Below are positions 57,781-64,000 of a DNA stretch of 64,000 nt, in pieces; positions within the stretch are counted from its first letter, which is position 1, and every line of letters starts with the position of its first letter. The DNA is from Eledone cirrhosa (lineage: Eukaryota): positions 98,704,001 to 98,768,000 of the forward strand of contig OZ024741.1 in NCBI GenBank assembly GCA_964016885.1. Reading direction: 5' to 3'. The notes beneath the pieces were generated by a model that saw only the letters and a list, made by a program, of their open reading frames with translations, was not told where the DNA came from and ran no database searches. The translations under genes and the position numbers were made by a program.

Positions 57781-59968
57781 AACCTGGTCTAGAAGACTTT
57801 GTCACCACAGTTGCCCACTTTTCTTTGTGTTGGGCTCACCCTTCCGTCTCTGCTAGGTCCTTTTCCTACTTGTGATTCTCCATTCCTCTCCTCTTCGGCT
57901 TTAATTGTATGTATTGTCACATGACGAGGTTGTGGTGCTACTAGTTCATTGGGGAAAACCTCAATGCATCGGCTTCGGGGACCTAGGACGAGACGGTATT
58001 GCCTCCAGTTGATGGTGGCGTCGAGTAATTACTTCTTCCAGTATTCCTCGATGTCACTGGTGACCTCATCGTCATTCTCTCGTGAACTGCAAAGTTGCAC
58101 GGCATAAAGATATTAAACAGTTTTGATGAAAACACAGACACGGACACACACATTAACACGTATATGCAAGAAATATATTAATCATATAATTTTTTGCAGT
58201 GGATTCGCAGAGAATAATTCAATCGGCGCCAGTTTTAGTGGTATCAATGTTTTCGTATTTTCCGAAAGAAAGGCAATATGAACCCTGGCCACGTGTACAC
58301 CCAGAACTCGAAATCCAGAGCATAGAAACTATGTACTCTAATACCCTTTGTCTAAACCTTACCTTTTCTATACCACCACACTCTCTAATCTAAACAAATG
58401 CTTACGTCTCGGCCTCAATTTGAGAAAAAGGCAACAAAAAATCAAAACAAGGTCACCAAGGGAGACTAAGAATCCTCGGAGAGTTGTACTCAGTCTACTT
58501 AACTGTAGTCCTTTCGTAAAACATATGTTTCACAACGCCTGCCTTGTAGGATGCAGATAGGGGATGGTAATTTGGGGTTGAAGAAAATAAAAATTGGAAC
58601 TTCTCCAAAGAAAACCCCTTCTGGCGGCGCAAGATACATAGAATCACCAACGAAAGAGAAGCGTCTCAATTGATAAAGTATGATTCCTGTCTAGGTAAAT
58701 CAAAGATTGTAATTACTGAGACGACTATTCTATTGGAGCAGGATTTATATTGCTTTAAACATAATGCTTTAAGCATAAGCTAAATAAACTCTCATTTATC
58801 ATAAATTGTCCATCCTACCCTTTAAGCAAAGTGATGGATATAGTTAGTGCTAATTTTTGTTAAGATTAGATGGCTAATTAGATACGATGTAGGATTATTT
58901 ACTCCTAGGTCAAGTATTCTGAGACAGAATATTTGATTCTACTTTGCCATAAATATCAAGAATAGGGATCAAATCATCTGCGTATCTTACTTTGCATTTT
59001 ATCAAGGGGGGTGACAATTTTTATTTATAGGTGTAGGCTAACCTACTTAATGTAGTAAACCCAATTGAAGCTAAATCAATAACGAAGAGAAATGTTATTA
59101 GTGTCAATGACAATATTTGTCAAGTAATAACTAAATCTAAATTGCTTATATATTAAATGGTACAATGGCAAATGAGTTGGATCTTTGGAATGTACGGAGA
59201 TATCTCCAGGCTAAAATGCTTAGAGTAGGATGCTGAAAATAAAGTTTAACCAATCGAAATTTAACCAGCAATGAAAGCTTGCCTAATTAGTGAATAATCT
59301 TCATAAGAAACGAATATCACCTTCGTAGTTCTACGATCTGGACAGTACGATCTAGCATGGCTGGGTTAATCGTTATTCAAAATAGATACATGCTTAGGGC
59401 ATTAAGGGATATGTCATTCCACCAAACTCTTTTTACAGATGTAATATTTGGACGGGAGTGCGGTGACTTCACAATCGTTATAAGTGCTTAGGCAATGCGA
59501 GCTAGGCTATACTTACCGATGAGGTAAAATGTTCAAAATCGTCATTTGCGGAAGATCAGATCCATTCACCCACGCATTTTCATATCTCTATCTAATTTTC
59601 AGTCAATACAAATGTTGGATGTTCTCAACTTCTGAGAGTTATTTTTAATCATGCTAATGATTTCCCTTCTAATTACGGGTTTAATTTCTACTGGTTAAAA
59701 ACTAATTATACGCTACCTAAACTTAATTTGGTCTCTGCTACATACTTTTCGTATAGAAAGAGTACCACCTGGAAATTTTATTTTATATATTTATACATAC
59801 ATTTATACACACATATATTTATACATACACATATACACAGAAACGCACGCCCCCACACACACAAATGTAAGCCTAAGTCTATATTTCTCTCTCTTTCTCA
59901 CTAACCCCCCTATCTCTCGCTCTATCTATATCTCTCTTTCCTCGTTCTTTTTCTCTCTATATATATAT

Positions 59969-60023
<55 letters not shown>

Positions 60024-61042
60024 GTGTGCATGAATGAGATATTCAGGTCTTGATAAGTAATAATAGGTTCGTTATAGCGTGTATATATATGGAGGCTTTT
60101 ATACATTTATATGTGTGTACGCGTATATGAATGTGTGTATGTATGTATGTATTTATGCATGTGTATGTATGTATCAGCGTGTATATGGAGGCGGGTGGGA
60201 GACTTTATATGTTCGTACATACATTTTGCACTTATTTCTCTGTTATTGTAGACGTTTTAAACATGAGGTGTCTATGTTACGGTGTTACAGTCTAGTGAAA
60301 ATATATACTCGTATGGATGGGTGCTTTCGTCGAATAATTAATATGTACGCTACATAGGAGCTGTTCTAGGTCTCTTCTACACGCCCGGCTTTATTTAAGC
60401 AAACCTATTTTATATTAGACAGTTAACTTTATGATGGAACTGTGGAGCGCTGGAATAAATGCTTTGTAGTACTTTGATGTTTAACTTTGCTTTACAGGTA
60501 CATTAATCTAGAGTTATCCACGTCTCTTGGGGATTATGTTTGTTTCCTCCGACATTCTCACTTTAACCTTTTATTAATGGCATAAGCCAATAAGTGAACC
60601 ATGATGCGGCCGCCTAACATACTAGAAGTAGCAGCCAAATTTCAATCAAATCGCTCACTACCTTCTACATAATGTTGTCTTACATATTCAAAACGACAGA
60701 TAATCACGCCTGAAATTCTCTTTATCTTAAGTTTAGTAGGTCAATGTTTACCTCGACGAGATTCAATTACATTAATCACTAACTGCTGATCACGCCATTT
60801 CAGATATGTCGAATCCTGTTTATTTCTTGATGACAATATTTTCCAATGAAATATATATATATATATGATTGGGAAAAAATATATATATATAAACGAACGT
60901 CGTGTGTGAAGCTGGAATTTTGGAACTTGCCAAGCACCAAGGAAATAAATTCACAAGATGTAGGAAGCTCAGACACACCGTTTCTAGGCGTCTTTATCCG
61001 ATTTTTATAAGGTATTTCATAGCAACTGACTGTAATTGCAAT

Positions 61043-61075
<33 letters not shown>

Positions 61076-61148
61076 CATACTCTGCTCTGTGAGAGCATAG
61101 AGTGCTCAACCGTCATACCGCCTATGGAAGCACATTAGCTACCATCCA

Positions 61149-61278
<130 letters not shown>

Positions 61279-61512
61279 AAGCATGTCCATAGAATCATTT
61301 GATAATATATATACATCATTTCTTCTCCCAATTAGCATAATTAACCACATAAAAAATCAATTAGGCCAGGCTATAAGATTAAAAGGCACCTATGAAGAAA
61401 CAGTAAATAAATAAACCATAGCAGCGTCTTCGCGGCCAACCGCTATAGAATATTTACCCAACATTTCAACAGCACGTGGAAATTAATTCAATATACAGTA
61501 AACCATACACAA

Positions 61513-63541
61513 TCTATATATATAAAACTGAGGTTGTCTGTCTGTCTACTAAAACCTTCGGCACACATCTCCTCTTAAACCGTACGTTCAAATTTTGGTG
61601 AAATTGCTACACTTATAGATGAAGGTCCGGCGGAACCATCGGTCAAATAAATTTTCAAATAAGTTCTTGTTTTTGATTATGTCATCTTCTATATACATAA
61701 AACTGTGGTTGTCTGTCTGTCTATCGATTTTTGGCACACATCTCCTGTTAGAATCTCTCACGGAATTGCACCGAAATTGCTATACTTGTACATTGAGCCC
61801 TAGCGAAGACATCGGAAAAAAAATATTTCAAATTGACCCACCCTATGTGACGAAATCGAATATAATGTATCGATTTTTGAGCGTAAGTTATCAGTTATTT
61901 CCCTTTGTTCTGTTTACATTGAGCGTCTTACGTAAAAAATTACGCTGGCTTTCTCAGCGTTTAAAATGACATTAACACAATACACGAACGAACAGTTGTC
62001 GAGCCAGCAAAATATTGACCTGCAAAATTCATCAGTTCGAACACTAAGCTTCCGTTTTGCTTCATTTCCATTTAAAAGCATTTTAAAACAATATTTTTAC
62101 TTGAAAACAAGTCTATTTAAAGACTACGTAAAACAAGCAAATATTTCGTCGTTAGGCGTGCAGACAGACAGTCGTGCAGACAGACAGTCGTGCAGAGAGG
62201 TGATATACGCGTGCAGACAGATAGTCGTGCAGAGAGGTGATATAGGCGTGCAGACAGACAGTCGTGCAGAGAGGTGATATAGGCGTGCAGACAGACAGTC
62301 GTTCAGAGAGGTGATATAGGCGTGCAGACAGACAGTCGTGCAGAGAGGTGATATAGGCGTGCAGACAGACATAACTGATAATTTGGTTACGCTAATGTTT
62401 TTCTCTGCGTTGCAGTGTTTACATTTTCGATCTTTGTTAATAAATAACCAGTGCAGTTTTTATCCCCAGCATCCTCTTTTGTTATAACATTCGGGTTATC
62501 GTTATGTTTTCTTAACTTCATAAGGCATATTGTTGGTTGAGGGAATATTAATCAAAAACACCACATGCAAGTCTGCACAGTAGACACTACAGTTTTTAAG
62601 CCAAAAAAGAAACTTAACATTGTAACTTTAACACAGCTACTGAGCGACCCCGAGCAACGCCGGGCTTTACTGCTAGTCTATATATATAAAACTGAGGTTG
62701 TCTGTCTGTCTACTAAAACCTTCGGCACACATCTCCTCTTAAACCGTACGTTCAAATTTCGGTGAAATTGCTACACTTATAGATGAAGGTCCGGCGGAAC
62801 CATCGGTCAAATAAATTTTCAAATAAGTTCTTGTTTTTGATTATGTCATCTATATATATAAAGCTGTGGTTGTCTGTCTGTCTATCGATTTTTGGCACAC
62901 ATCTCCTCTTAGAATCTCTGACGGAATTGCACCGAAATTGCTATACTTGTACATTGAGCCCTAGCGAAGACATCGGAAAAAAAATATTTCAAATTGACCC
63001 ACCCTATGTGACGAAATCGAATCTAATATATCGATTTTTGAGCGTAAGTGACGAGTTATTTCCCTTTGTTCTGTTTACATTGAGCGTCTTACGTTCTGTT
63101 TACATGTTCTGCGTGCAAAAATTAAAAAAATTACGCTGGCTTTCTCAGCGTTTAAAATGACATTAACACAATACACGAACGAACAGTTGTCGAGCCAGCA
63201 AAATTTTGACCTGCAAAATTCATCAGTTCGAACACTAAGCTCCCGTTTTGCTTCATTTCCATTTAAAAGCCTTTTAAAACAATATTTTTACTTGAAAACA
63301 AGTCTATTTAAAGACTACGTAAAACAAGCAAATATTTCCTCTTTTGTTATAACATTCGGGTTATCGTTATGTTTTCTTAACTTCATAAGGCATATTGTTG
63401 GTTGAGGGAATATTAATCAAAAACACCACATGCAAGTCTGCACAGTAGACACTACAGTTTTTAAGCCAAAAAAGAAACTTAACATTGTAACTTTAACACA
63501 GCTACTGAGCGACCCCGAGCAACGCCGGGCTTTACTGCTAG
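61513..63541 (+). mobile_element. Head-to-tail dimer of a non-autonomous Helitron (61513-62676, 62677-63541)
   Basis: Each unit has 5' TCTATATATATAAAA..(GTCT)n and a 3' cccgagcaacgccggg hairpin plus CTAG. The dimer lies between A and T with no target duplication. Confidence 0.92.
62155..62370. repeat. ~37 bp minisatellite inside the first Helitron unit
   Basis: ggtgatataggcgtgcagacagacagtcgtgcagaga, about 5 copies; absent from unit 2. Confidence 0.9.
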
Positions 63542-63732
63542 TTAGGTATAAAATTAAAGTTTAAAATGCTTATATACATACCAGGATTAAATCACTAAAT
63601 CCCGACCCATGGGTTTCGTTCTCATTTTGAGATATCCTATTAAGGATAAATCTCGAGTTTCGAACTCTTCAGGGGACAAACTCGCTAGGACAGATTATTT
63701 TCAGAAGTGGAAAAAAAAAATATATATATATA

Positions 63733-63930
63733 TAAGTTTATCCCGGGTTCAATCGGGGGTAACCACAGTAAGTAGGGTACTCAATACAAAGTAGAGTATA
63801 AATATTTAATATAGAAAAGGCTTCTACAGGACTAGAGCTGTTTCATCCGAGAGAAATCATCAGGAAGCGCTTCCTGATGATTTCTCCCGAATGAAACAGC
63901 TCTAGTCCTGTAGAAGCTTATTCTATATAT
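63733..63930. mobile_element. Family B foldback with two abutting hammerheads (63820-63868 -, 63869-63917 +)
   Basis: gcttc-ctgatga-tttctcccgaat-gaa-acag ctctagtc ctgt-a-gaagc on both strands. Confidence 0.88.
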
Positions 63931-64000
63931 ATATATATTAAAATAACAGATTAAAGTTTAAGCAAAGAATCGGTGCTTTCACCCTTAACGGGATCTTTTG

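Noticed and set aside
62155-62370. 37 bp repeats as a CRISPR array
   Set aside because: Contiguous tandem units with no spacers, in a eukaryotic context with no cas genes.
61619-63405. Duplicated 100-125 aa ORFs as genes
   Set aside because: They lie inside the non-autonomous Helitron units and have no recognisable domain.

Overview
AT-rich eukaryotic DNA saturated with microsatellites. The SINE types and repeat landscape suggest an octopod cephalopod; this is inference. No intact host gene is evident, and most listed ORFs are (TA)n/(CA)n translation artefacts. The window is made of decayed transposons: several Penelope-like (PLE; RT + C-terminal GIY-YIG) families, three R4/Dong-type non-LTR copies flanked by (TACA)n, CRE-like and RTE-like fragments, a broken RepHel Helitron, a tandem non-autonomous Helitron and many tRNA-derived SINEs. 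The strongest pattern is about 15 type-I hammerhead ribozyme motifs from at least six sequence families. They sit in short non-coding units inserted into (TA)n tracts, often as head-to-head foldback pairs or circularly permuted copies. All alignments and folds were done by eye, so boundaries are approximate.
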